Shown piece after piece: positions 9,213-18,927 of a stretch of 41,219 bases of DNA (positions are counted from its first letter, which is position 1; each line of letters starts with the position of its first letter). The translations under genes were made by a program, and so were the position numbers. The notes below the pieces were generated by a model. It saw nothing but the letters and a program-made list of their open reading frames with translations, was not told the origin of the DNA and did no database searches. This DNA is from a virus (taxonomy: Duplodnaviria > Caudoviricetes): the IMG/VR virus record IMGVR_UViG_3300020045_002325, positions 1-41,219 of that record, one strand, 5' to 3'.

Positions 9213-9626
9213 ATGAAAACACCAGTATATTTAGCATTAAAAGCTATGGTTGATATGATGGATAGTGGAGATGAATCATGTAAAGGGAGTGAATGGTATA
9301 ACAATGCTGTTACTGCTCTAAAACAGGAGGAAGCGCAGACGGTGGAGCCACGTTTGCTTGATGCTGCAAAGCGTTTGGTTGATCACGCCGACTTCAAACT
9401 TGGTGGAATTCTGAGTGCGGATAGCAAGGCGGTGTCGCAAGTGAAGGCAAGGCATCTTGCTGCATTGCGTGATGCTATCGCCGCCGCACCACAGCCACCA
9501 CAAGCTGATTTGAAGGAACGTGGAGAAGTCGTCGTAACTTGGTCACAAGACGGTCAAATCCAAGCTGTAACCCGCCAGGACTCAGAAGGTAGAATCTTGA
9601 GTATAATTGCGGAGTCAAGAGTTTAA
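9213..9626 (+). CDS. hypothetical mosaic phage protein
   Basis: 137-aa ORF with RBS; GC-richer middle section. Confidence 0.6.
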   Translation: MKTPVYLALKAMVDMMDSGDESCKGSEWYNNAVTALKQEEAQTVEPRLLDAAKRLVDHADFKLGGILSADSKAVSQVKARHLAALRDAIAAAPQPPQADLKERGEVVVTWSQDGQIQAVTRQDSEGRILSIIAESRV

Positions 9627-9680
9627 ATCGAACAATTCAGCTACAATTACACACACACATATAAACTGCAGAAGGAACAT

Positions 9681-10028
9681 ATGACAAACACAGGAACTTC
9701 AGTCAACACACCTAAGCCTCATATTCACCGGGACTTTATTGTTCAGTGGGCCAATGGGTGTACTATTGAGCAGTACGTTGTGGATACATGGTACGAAGAT
9801 GCTCAACCAACATGGTTAAAAAACCGAATTTATCGCGTAAAACCACAACCTAAACCCAATATTGTTATGTACGCGAATATCCACGAAAGTGTTTCTAGTA
9901 GAGATGTTGATTCTTTGGCATACAGCCTCTGTGGATACTTCAATGAGCAACAGGTTAAAGGTGATAATATCAAGGCAGTATATTCAGGAGAAACTGGTGC
10001 ACTGTTGTCAGTTGAGTTGATTAAATAA
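9681..10028 (+). CDS. hypothetical phage protein
   Basis: 'PHIH.D.IVQWANG..IE...P.W....YRVKP' motif common in small phage proteins. Confidence 0.65.
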   Translation: MTNTGTSVNTPKPHIHRDFIVQWANGCTIEQYVVDTWYEDAQPTWLKNRIYRVKPQPKPNIVMYANIHESVSSRDVDSLAYSLCGYFNEQQVKGDNIKAVYSGETGALLSVELIK

Positions 10029-10050
10029 TTAAATTAACAAAGGAATACAA

Positions 10051-10434
10051 ATGGAACTCGCTCTACTAGTCTACGGTATATCAGTCATAAGCAGCTTTGC
10101 TGCATTCTGTGTATTTATATGCGTTTGTCTAGTTATTGTTATAATTTTTAAACTAGTTGCATACGATTTTATACCTTCATATAATCGCGCAGAGAACCAA
10201 TGGGAGATCACAAAGAAATCTATTCTGAAGTACATCGTAGCTTTTATTCTAGTATCTTTTACATCTGTCTTAATCCCAAGTGAAAAGACAATGTATGTAA
10301 TGGTTGGAGCGTATGCTGCACAGAAGGTAGCACAAGCGCCTGAGACTAAGGTTATCTCTGCAAAGGTGCTTAAGGTAATTGAGCAGAAAATAGACGAGCA
10401 GATTAAAGAAGTCGCTGATAAGAAATTGAAGTAA
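10051..10434 (+). CDS. membrane protein (2 TM helices)
   Basis: Two hydrophobic segments followed by IPSEKTMY. Confidence 0.7.
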   Translation: MELALLVYGISVISSFAAFCVFICVCLVIVIIFKLVAYDFIPSYNRAENQWEITKKSILKYIVAFILVSFTSVLIPSEKTMYVMVGAYAAQKVAQAPETKVISAKVLKVIEQKIDEQIKEVADKKLK

Positions 10435-10450
10435 ACGTAAAGGAATATAA

Positions 10451-11113
10451 ATGCAAGTAAAAATCGTAGGTTACACACAACCATCAGAAGAATTCAAGGA
10501 TAAATTCACTGACCTCAAAAGCTTTGTTGCGTATTGTGCTCGGGTATCTAATCCAAGTAATAAAATCAACAATGAAACAGCAGATAAACTAATCAAATAC
10601 CTAGTGAAGCACTTGCACTGGTCCCCTCTAGAGATGGCTAGTGTTACACTAGAAATTCAGACTACTCGTGATATTGCTCGTCAACTGCTCCGACATCGTT
10701 ACTTCTCATTTCAGGAGTACAGTCAACGGTATGCAGACCCTGTCAAGGACTTACAGTTTGAACTCCGTGATGCACGTATGCAAGACCAGAAGAATCGCCA
10801 AAACAGTACAGTACTGGATATGGAAGATGAAGATAATCGTTTTATTTACTCAGAGTGGAATCGTCGTCAACTGGAAGTAATTGAGCTAGTTAAGGAGAAC
10901 TACAAGTGGGCGGTGAATGTAGGTATTGCTAAGGAGCAAGCACGTTGTATTCTCCCAGAGGGTTGTACTCAGAGTATCCTACAGGTTCAAGGTACACTGC
11001 GATCATGGATTCACTACATTGCAGTTCGTCAACACGAGAGTACACAACTAGAGCACCGAGAGTTAGCTACAGAGGTTGCTCGTGCTATTGCTATGATTTT
11101 TAAGGTCGAGTAG
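10451..11113 (+). CDS. thyX: flavin-dependent thymidylate synthase
   Basis: AYCARVS, HWSPLE, signature RHRYFSFQEYSQRY, KEQAR..LP. Confidence 0.95.
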   Translation: MQVKIVGYTQPSEEFKDKFTDLKSFVAYCARVSNPSNKINNETADKLIKYLVKHLHWSPLEMASVTLEIQTTRDIARQLLRHRYFSFQEYSQRYADPVKDLQFELRDARMQDQKNRQNSTVLDMEDEDNRFIYSEWNRRQLEVIELVKENYKWAVNVGIAKEQARCILPEGCTQSILQVQGTLRSWIHYIAVRQHESTQLEHRELATEVARAIAMIFKVE

Positions 11114-11275
11114 TATGAACAATTGGCAGTTTAAAGAAACTACTCTGGAACTCTTCAAACGGTTCCACTTGCACTACTACAAGGTGTATAATTCATACAC
11201 TCTCAAGGAATACTGCAAGTACATCCTGAAGATCAACCGAGATAAACCAACTGTTAACAACGTAAAGGAATCAGC

Positions 11276-11686
11276 ATGAAACTTACACTAAAAATCATCT
11301 TAACCAAAGCTCTTATCGCAACAGCAATCACTGGTACTCTTTTGGCGCAAGGCTGTTCAACTGACGCTCAGATCGCCTCACAGAACTTGTCTAAATCCGC
11401 AGATATGTTCCAGATTGAGCGCCGGATTGTGTTCTACGATTCAATTCAAGGTACTTATCTTCTGTCTATTGAAGGTCGTTGTTCTATTAAGAAAGATACA
11501 GTAGACCAACAACTAGAGGTTGTATGTAAGACTTCACCCACGGAGTACAAGAAGCATTTCTTGGGTGTGTCGGATAACGTGACGTACTTCGCAGAGCAGC
11601 TAGGAGAGTCCAACGTGAGTGTGTATAACTACAAAGTTATCTTCAAGCCACTGTCGTTGATTCCTTCTATTGATGTTAAACTCTAA
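11276..11686 (+). CDS. putative lipoprotein, conserved phage protein
   Basis: Signal peptide with lipobox-like LAQGC; RRIVFY..I...YLL.IEGRCS; YKKHFLG.SDNVTYF. Confidence 0.7.
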   Translation: MKLTLKIILTKALIATAITGTLLAQGCSTDAQIASQNLSKSADMFQIERRIVFYDSIQGTYLLSIEGRCSIKKDTVDQQLEVVCKTSPTEYKKHFLGVSDNVTYFAEQLGESNVSVYNYKVIFKPLSLIPSIDVKL

Positions 11687-11709
11687 GCACTAAATACAAA
11701 GGAACCTAA

Positions 11710-11958
11710 ATGAGCACTCAAGACCATTGCAGCAAACATTGGAGCAAGGACTGGATTTCAGTAGATGCACAAGAGCTGAGGAACGTGGAGTTCAACCAAG
11801 CGTTCACTATTCCTGGTAACTCTGAGCTTTATCAAGTCTTCAGTAAAGGTGAGCTGACTATGATTTATGCTAAAGTTTTAAACGAAGGTAAATATAAGGG
11901 TTGGATCGTTTCATTCCCGGATTATTTGATTGTTAATACTTATGAAAGGAAGCACTGA
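11710..11958 (+). CDS. hypothetical protein
   Basis: 82-aa ORF with AAGGA RBS. Confidence 0.6.
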   Translation: MSTQDHCSKHWSKDWISVDAQELRNVEFNQAFTIPGNSELYQVFSKGELTMIYAKVLNEGKYKGWIVSFPDYLIVNTYERKH

Positions 11959-12357
11959 ATGAATACCCTTACACCAGCTAAGATCGAAGAACTAGCGTAC
12001 AACGCAGGTATGTCGTTGGCTGTCAACAAACACGGTAATTGGCAATTTTGTGGGCATATCACAGAGATGGAGCGATTCGTTAATATGGTTCAAGTCAAGA
12101 CTAGGAATGAAGGGTACATTACTGGTTCTACTTCAGGCTGTAACCGAAGTCATCCACATGAGAATATGAGCGTAGAATGTGCATTAAAAGCTGAGATTGC
12201 TTGGTTGAGGAGTCAATTAGAAGTCAACCGGACCGAGTTAAGCAGTTATGTACGTGTAGGCATGTTATTACCGTGCAAAGAAGGCGCATTCGTAGATGTC
12301 GATAAACCAGTATCTTTGGTAGAATCCACATCATTATTTATAAAGGTTAATGTATGA
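11959..12357 (+). CDS. hypothetical protein
   Basis: 132-aa ORF abutting both neighbours; CNRSHPHE motif. Confidence 0.6.
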   Translation: MNTLTPAKIEELAYNAGMSLAVNKHGNWQFCGHITEMERFVNMVQVKTRNEGYITGSTSGCNRSHPHENMSVECALKAEIAWLRSQLEVNRTELSSYVRVGMLLPCKEGAFVDVDKPVSLVESTSLFIKVNV

Positions 12358-12656
12358 GTGCAGTAACTAAACAAAAGCTAATCACACATCCTTCTTTGGT
12401 TAAGCTCGTGTCCAGCCAATCTGACTACCCACAGTATATTGTCAAAGATATACTACGTGCTTTAGCTGTAGTTCTACCAAAAGAACTGACCAAAGGCTCT
12501 AAGGTTAAGCTCGAAGGTGTAGGTACATTCAGCATAAAGAAAAGCACAAAGAGGGATTTCGTCAGTATGCTTACAGGTGTACGCAAGGAGCAATGGACGA
12601 AGGTAGGATTGAGCGTTAAGCCCGATGGGTATATGGCTAATAGTTTGAATCCATAA
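12354..12656 (+). CDS. HU/IHF-like DNA-binding protein
   Basis: 'L.KG.KV.LEGVGTFSIKK...R....TG......KP' histone-like signature. Confidence 0.75.
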   Translation: MSAVTKQKLITHPSLVKLVSSQSDYPQYIVKDILRALAVVLPKELTKGSKVKLEGVGTFSIKKSTKRDFVSMLTGVRKEQWTKVGLSVKPDGYMANSLNP

Positions 12657-12709
12657 GATAAAACTGATGTAGAATAGACTCAAGATTAATAACACTTCTA
12701 AGGAATATC

Positions 12710-13075
12710 ATGGAATCAAACACACCAACTCTTCGCTGTAAAGTCAACGAACTCTGCTGGATCAACAAAGCACAACACCTTATGAACATCGGTAAGATCG
12801 TTACCTGTAATGAGTACTTAGGATACTTCCAACGCAATGAGCAGTTCATACACCAAGGAGAAACATGGTATGCTGCAGATACTGGGCACTTGTGGGTAAT
12901 CAGCAGTAAATACGGACTAGAAACACAGTACGGAACCAGCACAACAGCGCATATTCAGGATAGGTGGTTAACACCTATTATTCCGCGAGGGGAGGAGATT
13001 GCTAATAATCTAGTTGGAATCTTTGATGAAGACACTGGTACATTAGTTAAAGAAAAGGATACAATCAGTGCTTAA
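12710..13075 (+). CDS. hypothetical phage protein
   Basis: 121-aa ORF with AAGGA RBS. Confidence 0.65.
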   Translation: MESNTPTLRCKVNELCWINKAQHLMNIGKIVTCNEYLGYFQRNEQFIHQGETWYAADTGHLWVISSKYGLETQYGTSTTAHIQDRWLTPIIPRGEEIANNLVGIFDEDTGTLVKEKDTISA

Positions 13076-13277
13076 TATGAGTAATACAAGTAAACAACCT
13101 AAGGTGAAATCCACTAAACCAACTGCAGCTTCAAAAGCACAGCAGCGATACTACCAGATGGATTTATTTAGTGATTTTAATTCAGAGCTACAAGCTAGTA
13201 CGCATGATCAGGAGTTACAATACGAGCTAAAGGGAATGTTTAGTTCAAGTGTAAAACCAAAGCACTACGAAGATTAA
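13068..13277 (+). CDS. hypothetical protein
   Basis: 69 aa; GTG start behind AAGGA. Confidence 0.5.
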   Translation: MLNMSNTSKQPKVKSTKPTAASKAQQRYYQMDLFSDFNSELQASTHDQELQYELKGMFSSSVKPKHYED

Positions 13278-13293
13278 CAAATAGGAGCTACAA

Positions 13294-13698
13294 ATGTCAA
13301 TATATTGTAAATTCAGTGAAGTCCTAGGATTAACGTTCACTTCAGTTATGAGTTCTGACGATGAAATTACATTCACAACAAGCTCAGGATTAGTCTACAA
13401 ACTATATCATGAGCAGGACTGCTGTGAGAGTGTATACATTGAGTCAATAGTAGGTGATCTGCAGGACTTAGTTCAAACGCCTATCCTACAGGCTGAAGAG
13501 TCTAAGTCCATTAGTATTTTTGATCCTGATAAAGACGATTCAAGTACCACATGGACATTCTACAAGTTAGCCACAATCAAGGGCTATGTAGATATTAGGT
13601 TCTGTGGAAGCAGCAATGGTTACTGCAGTGAAGGTGTGGACTTCGTGAAGTATAATACTATAGGTGATTCACCAGATAATCGTTATATTCCTTCCTAG
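13294..13698 (+). CDS. conserved hypothetical phage protein
   Basis: YHEQDCCESV...GDL.DL...WTFYKLAT.KGYVDIRF.G.SNGY motif. Confidence 0.75.
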   Translation: MSIYCKFSEVLGLTFTSVMSSDDEITFTTSSGLVYKLYHEQDCCESVYIESIVGDLQDLVQTPILQAEESKSISIFDPDKDDSSTTWTFYKLATIKGYVDIRFCGSSNGYCSEGVDFVKYNTIGDSPDNRYIPS

Positions 13699-13714
13699 AT
13701 AGGAGAATGAAACT

Positions 13715-13891
13715 ATGAATAAGACCAATCCTACAATACATCTTTGTATCCGTCGTAACGATACTCTGCATATGCTGTGTGATATTGTTATAGTAGACAA
13801 ATATAGCAATATCCTTGAAGTAACTCATACAGGAATAACTTTAGAACAAGCACAGTGTATTGTAGAATCCAACCAAGACTGTATGCATTAA
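13715..13891 (+). CDS. small hypothetical protein (58 aa)
   Basis: Read manually; AGGAG RBS upstream. Confidence 0.45.
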   Translation: MNKTNPTIHLCIRRNDTLHMLCDIVIVDKYSNILEVTHTGITLEQAQCIVESNQDCMH

Positions 13892-13911
13892 GTACATCCA
13901 GAAAACCAGAT

Positions 13912-13943
13912 TTATTTTCAGGCATTTCGCCAAGATTCAGGAA
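13912..13943 (+). repeat. 32-bp direct repeat, copy 1
   Basis: 29/32 identical to 14724-14755. Confidence 0.8.
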
Positions 13944-13971
13944 ATTAGAAACTTCAGAACTACAGGATTAT

Positions 13972-14127
13972 ATGAAACACCAAGAAAAGATAGAGCAGAA
14001 ATTATCCAAGCTGGAATACTCCCGTTTATTCATGCAACAAGCAGAGGACGAAAGTAAACCCAAAGGTAAGAAGCCCAGGAAACCGGACTGGAATGAACAG
14101 CGCGAACGTAAGCGGACTGTGGATTGA
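13972..14127 (+). CDS. small basic hypothetical protein
   Basis: ATG 13972 behind AGGA; coupled to the hydrolase gene. Confidence 0.5.
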   Translation: MKHQEKIEQKLSKLEYSRLFMQQAEDESKPKGKKPRKPDWNEQRERKRTVD

Positions 14128-14702
14128 CTATTAATGTAGCACGTAGGGCTTTACTTGGGTTATTCCGGTTCAGTCTTACGTGCTTTATTTACTTTTTATT
14201 TTGCTTTCTTATTTTCTACTACAGTTCAACTCAACTTGATACACCTGAACTACACCAGCGACACCTCAAGCAAGAACACGTCTGTGCTACATGGAATCTA
14301 ATGCACGAAGCTAGAGGTGAGGGAATCGAAGGTATGCGAGCTGTACATCAGGTGGTACTGAACAGGGTTAAGAGCCGGAAGTACCCTAGCACAATCTGTG
14401 CTGTTGTACTGCAGAAGAATCAATTCAGTTGGACTAGGGATAAACGTAAGGTCAACGGGGTGTTTAACGGAAGCGGCTACAAAGGGTTTAATGGACGTTT
14501 ACTGGACTTTAACCAAAAGGATAGCCTAGCGTACCAACAGGCAGTTATCGTGGGTTCTAGGGGCTATACAGGCGATTCTAGCTATGGTATGGACAAGAAT
14601 TTACAAGGTGTTCTACACTATGCTAGGTTCAATGTTAGAGTGGACTGGATGAAGAAGATGAAGGCTGTAAAGCGCATAAAGAATCATGTGTTTTATAGGT
14701 AG
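14124..14702 (+). CDS. cell wall hydrolase (SleB/Hydrolase_2 family) with N-terminal TM segment
   Basis: HEARGE...AV.QVVLNRV....P.TICAVVLQKNQFSW...I.NHVFY. Confidence 0.9.
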   Translation: MTINVARRALLGLFRFSLTCFIYFLFCFLIFYYSSTQLDTPELHQRHLKQEHVCATWNLMHEARGEGIEGMRAVHQVVLNRVKSRKYPSTICAVVLQKNQFSWTRDKRKVNGVFNGSGYKGFNGRLLDFNQKDSLAYQQAVIVGSRGYTGDSSYGMDKNLQGVLHYARFNVRVDWMKKMKAVKRIKNHVFYR

Positions 14703-14723
14703 CAGTATTGGAATTTATCGAAC

Positions 14724-14755
14724 TTATTTTCTGGGATTTCGCTAAGATTCAGGAA
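14724..14755 (+). repeat. 32-bp direct repeat, copy 2
   Basis: 29/32 identical to 13912-13943. Confidence 0.8.
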
Positions 14756-14797
14756 TTTTCAGGTACACTCGCTCATCAACTTAAACAGAAAGACCAA

Positions 14798-15055
14798 ATG
14801 TACAGATTAGACCAACCAACCTTGGGTAACTTCGTTGAAAAGGAGTGTAAAATGGAATTCACTTACCGTTTGACTACAGATGAATGGGCGTTGTCCAAGG
14901 GTTATACGCATGAGATTGATGTTCTAGACGGAACTAGATTTGCTAGGGTTAAGCTCACGGTTGCATATGTTCTGTGTGATGGTGACAGCTATTACGATGA
15001 CCCAGAAGAACAGAAGTGGTTACTTACCAAGAATGTTAGACTTAATAAGGACTAA
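14798..15055 (+). CDS. hypothetical phage protein
   Basis: Likely start ATG 14798 behind a GAAAG leader. Confidence 0.6.
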   Translation: MYRLDQPTLGNFVEKECKMEFTYRLTTDEWALSKGYTHEIDVLDGTRFARVKLTVAYVLCDGDSYYDDPEEQKWLLTKNVRLNKD

Positions 15056-15057
15056 AT

Positions 15058-15252
15058 ATGCTAAATATTGAACAGATAAAGCACAAGAAGAGTACAGCAG
15101 AATCCTATATTCTTTCAATACTCCTAAAGCTCCAAGCTGATACGGGTTGTAATATAGAGTCGCTTGATATGGATACTATCAGAGCACAGGATTTAACGAA
15201 CTATACTGATAAGTACATGGTATCGAATATCTGTATTAAACTCTGTCTTTGA
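15058..15252 (+). CDS. hypothetical protein
   Basis: 64 aa; AAGGA RBS. Confidence 0.55.
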   Translation: MLNIEQIKHKKSTAESYILSILLKLQADTGCNIESLDMDTIRAQDLTNYTDKYMVSNICIKLCL

Positions 15253-15272
15253 CACTAAATATTAAGGATAAT

Positions 15273-16187
15273 ATGAACATGAATAAACAAGTCAAACAAA
15301 CCGAAGTAAATTTCAACGGGAAGGTATTCAAATTAGGTGACAGTGTTAAATGGGCGGCGAGTGAAGTACAGGGTGTAATTACTGCTGTCACAAACACAAG
15401 CATTACAGTAGAGTGGAACATTATCAATAACGGAGGAGGCGAGCGTGTGCTTAATCGAGCAACGTGGCAGTATTTGATCCATTTACCTAAACAATCTAAG
15501 GATAATATGAAAGACAATGTAAAGAACCCAAAAGGTATCCCAGTGGACTACCGAGTAGCTGAATGTATTGAGGATTTTAAAGCAGGAGATATTGTGTACT
15601 GGAGCTGGAAGAATTCATCTGTAGAAAAAGGAGTAGTAGTTCAGGTTGATTACTACTCCAAGAAGGTGCAAATTTCGTGGAGTGGTTCAACTTATATTTA
15701 TTCGCACGGTATTCACGTGTTTAACTGTATACATATTCAGGAAAAGCAGAGTAAACCAACCAGTGTATTCCTTGAAGGTCATCGGGTGCGTTGGTTGCAG
15801 AAAAGGGCAGTAGGTGTTGTAACTGGGGTTACAGATAAGGAAATATTCATCCGTTGGGATGGTCGTATGTACTCAAGTGCTTATTTGCTGGAAGTATATG
15901 CTGGCCTGCTTGAAGTGATGCCAGAAGTAAAGGCTGAAGTACAACCGAGTGTATATAGTCAGAAGATCCGCAGTGGTTCGCCCATTCAACATGAGAATAA
16001 CAAGAGTGATATTACACTTGATCTGAAGTTAACCTTGGATTTCAGTACTGAAGGTATTCGTGCAGTTATCATGGATTGTGTTCAAGCTGTGTTGAAGCAG
16101 GAGAAATACCAAGAAGCAAAAGAGTTGTGTGATCTACTGATTAACCTAAAGGGACTAGAAGATTCAAATTCCAATACTACAAAATAA
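15273..16187 (+). CDS. protein with three tandem SH3/KOW-like domains
   Basis: Three repeats of F..G..V.W.....GV...V.....I.W. Confidence 0.65.
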   Translation: MNMNKQVKQTEVNFNGKVFKLGDSVKWAASEVQGVITAVTNTSITVEWNIINNGGGERVLNRATWQYLIHLPKQSKDNMKDNVKNPKGIPVDYRVAECIEDFKAGDIVYWSWKNSSVEKGVVVQVDYYSKKVQISWSGSTYIYSHGIHVFNCIHIQEKQSKPTSVFLEGHRVRWLQKRAVGVVTGVTDKEIFIRWDGRMYSSAYLLEVYAGLLEVMPEVKAEVQPSVYSQKIRSGSPIQHENNKSDITLDLKLTLDFSTEGIRAVIMDCVQAVLKQEKYQEAKELCDLLINLKGLEDSNSNTTK

Positions 16188-16483
16188 ATCAGAAAATCGG
16201 AAGGGGTTTGTGACTAAAAAGTCCAGATGCCCTTTGGGTTCTTTTATTATTTTATACACACCTAAATTAATTCATACAGAATCAGTGCTTTGAATTTCAA
16301 AAAGACCGTTTGGGTCTGGAATGGTTTTAGACTAAAGGCTCAGGACAGTAAAACCTAGAAATTGCTCGAAAATAGCTGAAAATACCGTCGAGTCAGAGAA
16401 TAGACTGGTTAGTTTCTGACTATACAGTTCAGTCAAAGACTATACTGATCAGTATTATTTATACTCGATGGTATTTACGCCTT

Positions 16484-16639
16484 GGCTCTGCACTGGGACG
16501 CCTACCGCTGACGCTGGCAGGCTCTGCACTGGGACGCCTACCGCTGACGCTGGCAGGCTCTGCACTGGGACGCCTACCGCTGACGCTGGCAGGCTCTGCA
16601 CTGGGACGCCTACCGCTGACGCTGGCAGGCTCTGCACTG
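16484..16639. repeat. perfect 36-bp tandem repeat, 4.3 copies
   Basis: Unit GGCTCTGCACTGGGACGCCTACCGCTGACGCTGGCA, no spacers. Confidence 0.97.
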
Positions 16640-17113
16640 TAAGTAAATCGCGCATATACGCGTAGCAAATACCGTGCCATTTAGCAGGAATTTATTTTGC
16701 ACTTATTTTCAGTTATTTCTAGTTTTTCGCGTACTGGGTGAATTTATGCACAAAATGCCGTTATACTTTAGCCATGCCAGCAGAAATCGAATCCTTCGGT
16801 TTCGCTTTTAAGCAATAACGCAAGGTGAACGAAAGAACAAAATGGATAAATTTGAAGTAACAATGTTGGTAGTTGCAGCCGCTACCTGTGTAGGTACTTT
16901 CTACTCGATCTTTTCGGTCTGCGCTGGTTTCGTGATCTAATAGGTGACATAATGAAAGCCCTTACACTGATAAATTTAACCCTTTGGTTTATCATCCTAC
17001 CTCTAACCAGCTATTTAATGGGGTAGAATCAGCACAGTAAAGCGACACGTTAAACCTTCGGACAATCGAGGGTTTACCGGGTGTTTTTACCCTAATTTAT
17101 TTTGAGCATTATT

Positions 17114-17425
17114 ATGTCTAAAATTTCTAGTTCTTTGGTTCAAACAGGCCAATTTTGCACGGTGACATTTATCACCAACTCCGGCGAGATTCGCACAATC
17201 AATGGCCGAACCGGCGTTAAGAAATACCAAAATGGGGTCGCCAAGTACAAAACAGCGGAACAAGTAGCTCAAACCGAGCGTGACTACCTCTTGATTTATA
17301 CCCGTTGTGGCTCTGTTCGCTTCGATGCACCCCGGAATATTAATCGCTTGAATATTATCAGCGTAAAAGCCCACGGCATCAAAGCGCAGAAAAACGCAGC
17401 GTCTGACTACGCAACTAACGTATAA
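17114..17425 (+). CDS. hypothetical phage protein (possible SH3/WYL-like fold)
   Basis: 'F.TVTF....GE.RT.NGR.GV...R.IN...I' pattern. Confidence 0.6.
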   Translation: MSKISSSLVQTGQFCTVTFITNSGEIRTINGRTGVKKYQNGVAKYKTAEQVAQTERDYLLIYTRCGSVRFDAPRNINRLNIISVKAHGIKAQKNAASDYATNV

Positions 17426-17467
17426 TCCAAGCTTGTATAAATTGGATTGCATTCAAAGGACAAGATC

Positions 17468-17701
17468 ATGCGCTACGTTAAAACGGTCACAATCAGTTCT
17501 TATCGTGAACTGGAAGGCATCCAAGTCGGACAATGGTTTAAATTCGCAGGTAAGTGCAACGTAAGCCGTGGTCAGTGGCTTGGGAAGACACCTGAAGGAA
17601 TCGATGCGGTGAGGATGCAAGTGGGTACGTTTGGCAAACCCAGCGACTTAACGAGGAATAAGCTGCAACGCAATTGGGCGAAATCTAAAGGGGCTAAGTA
17701 A
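17468..17701 (+). CDS. hypothetical protein
   Basis: ATG 17468 behind AAGGA. Confidence 0.55.
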   Translation: MRYVKTVTISSYRELEGIQVGQWFKFAGKCNVSRGQWLGKTPEGIDAVRMQVGTFGKPSDLTRNKLQRNWAKSKGAK

Positions 17702-17972
17702 ATGGAAAATACAATGACACACAGCGAGGCCATTGAAAATATTGTTGAAACCTTACGCGAGGTTGACGGGATGTTTTTAGTGAAAATATATAATATGGTA
17801 TGCTCTGAGCGCCTAGAATACATTGGTGACTCTTTTTACACTACAAACGAGGACTAAAGATGCACTACAATAAAGACACTGAAGAAAATCACGGTAAACC
17901 CCAACAGGGAAAGCCAAGCCGAGACCGTAAGCAACAACGCGATAACAAACGGCAGTTTTAACAGGCAATATC

Positions 17973-18167
17973 ATGAAATTAATTCAGACAATACACCGGG
18001 CTAGTGGGCATAGTGCAAAGGTAAGCATTAATGAAGCAGAGCGATTCTATATTGTGGAATACTGCTATAAAGGATTGGAATGTAATACCCGTTACATCGC
18101 CAACACCCTACAAGATGCTGTTGACACGGCACAACTTGAATTAATGATTTTACAGGACGGGGATTAA
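17973..18167 (+). CDS. hypothetical protein
   Basis: 64-aa ORF in a co-oriented cluster. Confidence 0.5.
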   Translation: MKLIQTIHRASGHSAKVSINEAERFYIVEYCYKGLECNTRYIANTLQDAVDTAQLELMILQDGD

Positions 18168-18403
18168 TATGCTGAATAGATACAAGCCGCACTACAAAGC
18201 AAAGCGCATAATTCAGGATGGTTTCTTAGTTGGTTTTAAACTGTATACAAATAATGGCTTAACCTTTGAGCGTTATTTATGGTGCAGTAAGATACACAAA
18301 ATAGGTTAGAATAAATAGAAAGTATCAGATTATGCCGCTATTTAAAGTGGTGGCATAGTCGGGCATTTTCCCGGCTTGGCTTTACATTTAACAGAGCAAT
18401 ATT

Positions 18404-18862
18404 ATGGCTTACCTCAAAGACGCAAATGGTTTCGTTTTTACTTCAGATTACCCACAGCATCACATGGGCTGCACCAAGTTGACCATTAAGGCAGGTAAAG
18501 CTGAACTTAAAGCACAGTGCATAGTGAACCTTAAAGCACTAATTAAACCCGGTGATACTGTGCGCACGAGTTGCTTACACGTTTCAAGCTCTGGAATGTC
18601 GCGCCGGATCAGCTTCTATATTGTTGACCCACGCGATAATGAGATTATCAACATTGATCATTTCGTGTCAGTTATCACTGATTACAAGCACAGCGACAAG
18701 GGCGGTTTAATCGTGAATGGATGCGGCATGGACATGGGTTTTGCAGTGGTATATAGCCTGGGGTTAGCTCTGTGGTCTAATGGGACGGATACACCGCACG
18801 GGACACGGAATGCAGCGCCCGATAGTTCAGGCGGGTATGCGCTGAAACAGCGCTGGCTTTAA
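18404..18862 (+). CDS. conserved hypothetical phage protein
   Basis: HVSSSGMSRRI...GCGMDMGF..VY.L motif. Confidence 0.7.
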   Translation: MAYLKDANGFVFTSDYPQHHMGCTKLTIKAGKAELKAQCIVNLKALIKPGDTVRTSCLHVSSSGMSRRISFYIVDPRDNEIINIDHFVSVITDYKHSDKGGLIVNGCGMDMGFAVVYSLGLALWSNGTDTPHGTRNAAPDSSGGYALKQRWL

Positions 18863-18927
18863 TCGGGTACAATTCAATGGTGGGTAAGCGAAGCCCGCTA
18901 CATCAATCTTCACAAATAGGATAAATT

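Noticed and set aside
16484-16639. 36-bp repeats as a CRISPR array
   Set aside because: Units are directly adjacent with no spacers, and no cas genes are present in the window
16455-16680. Three short ORFs with 12-aa repeats across the tandem array
   Set aside because: They follow from a stop-free 36-bp unit; no RBS, and open on both strands
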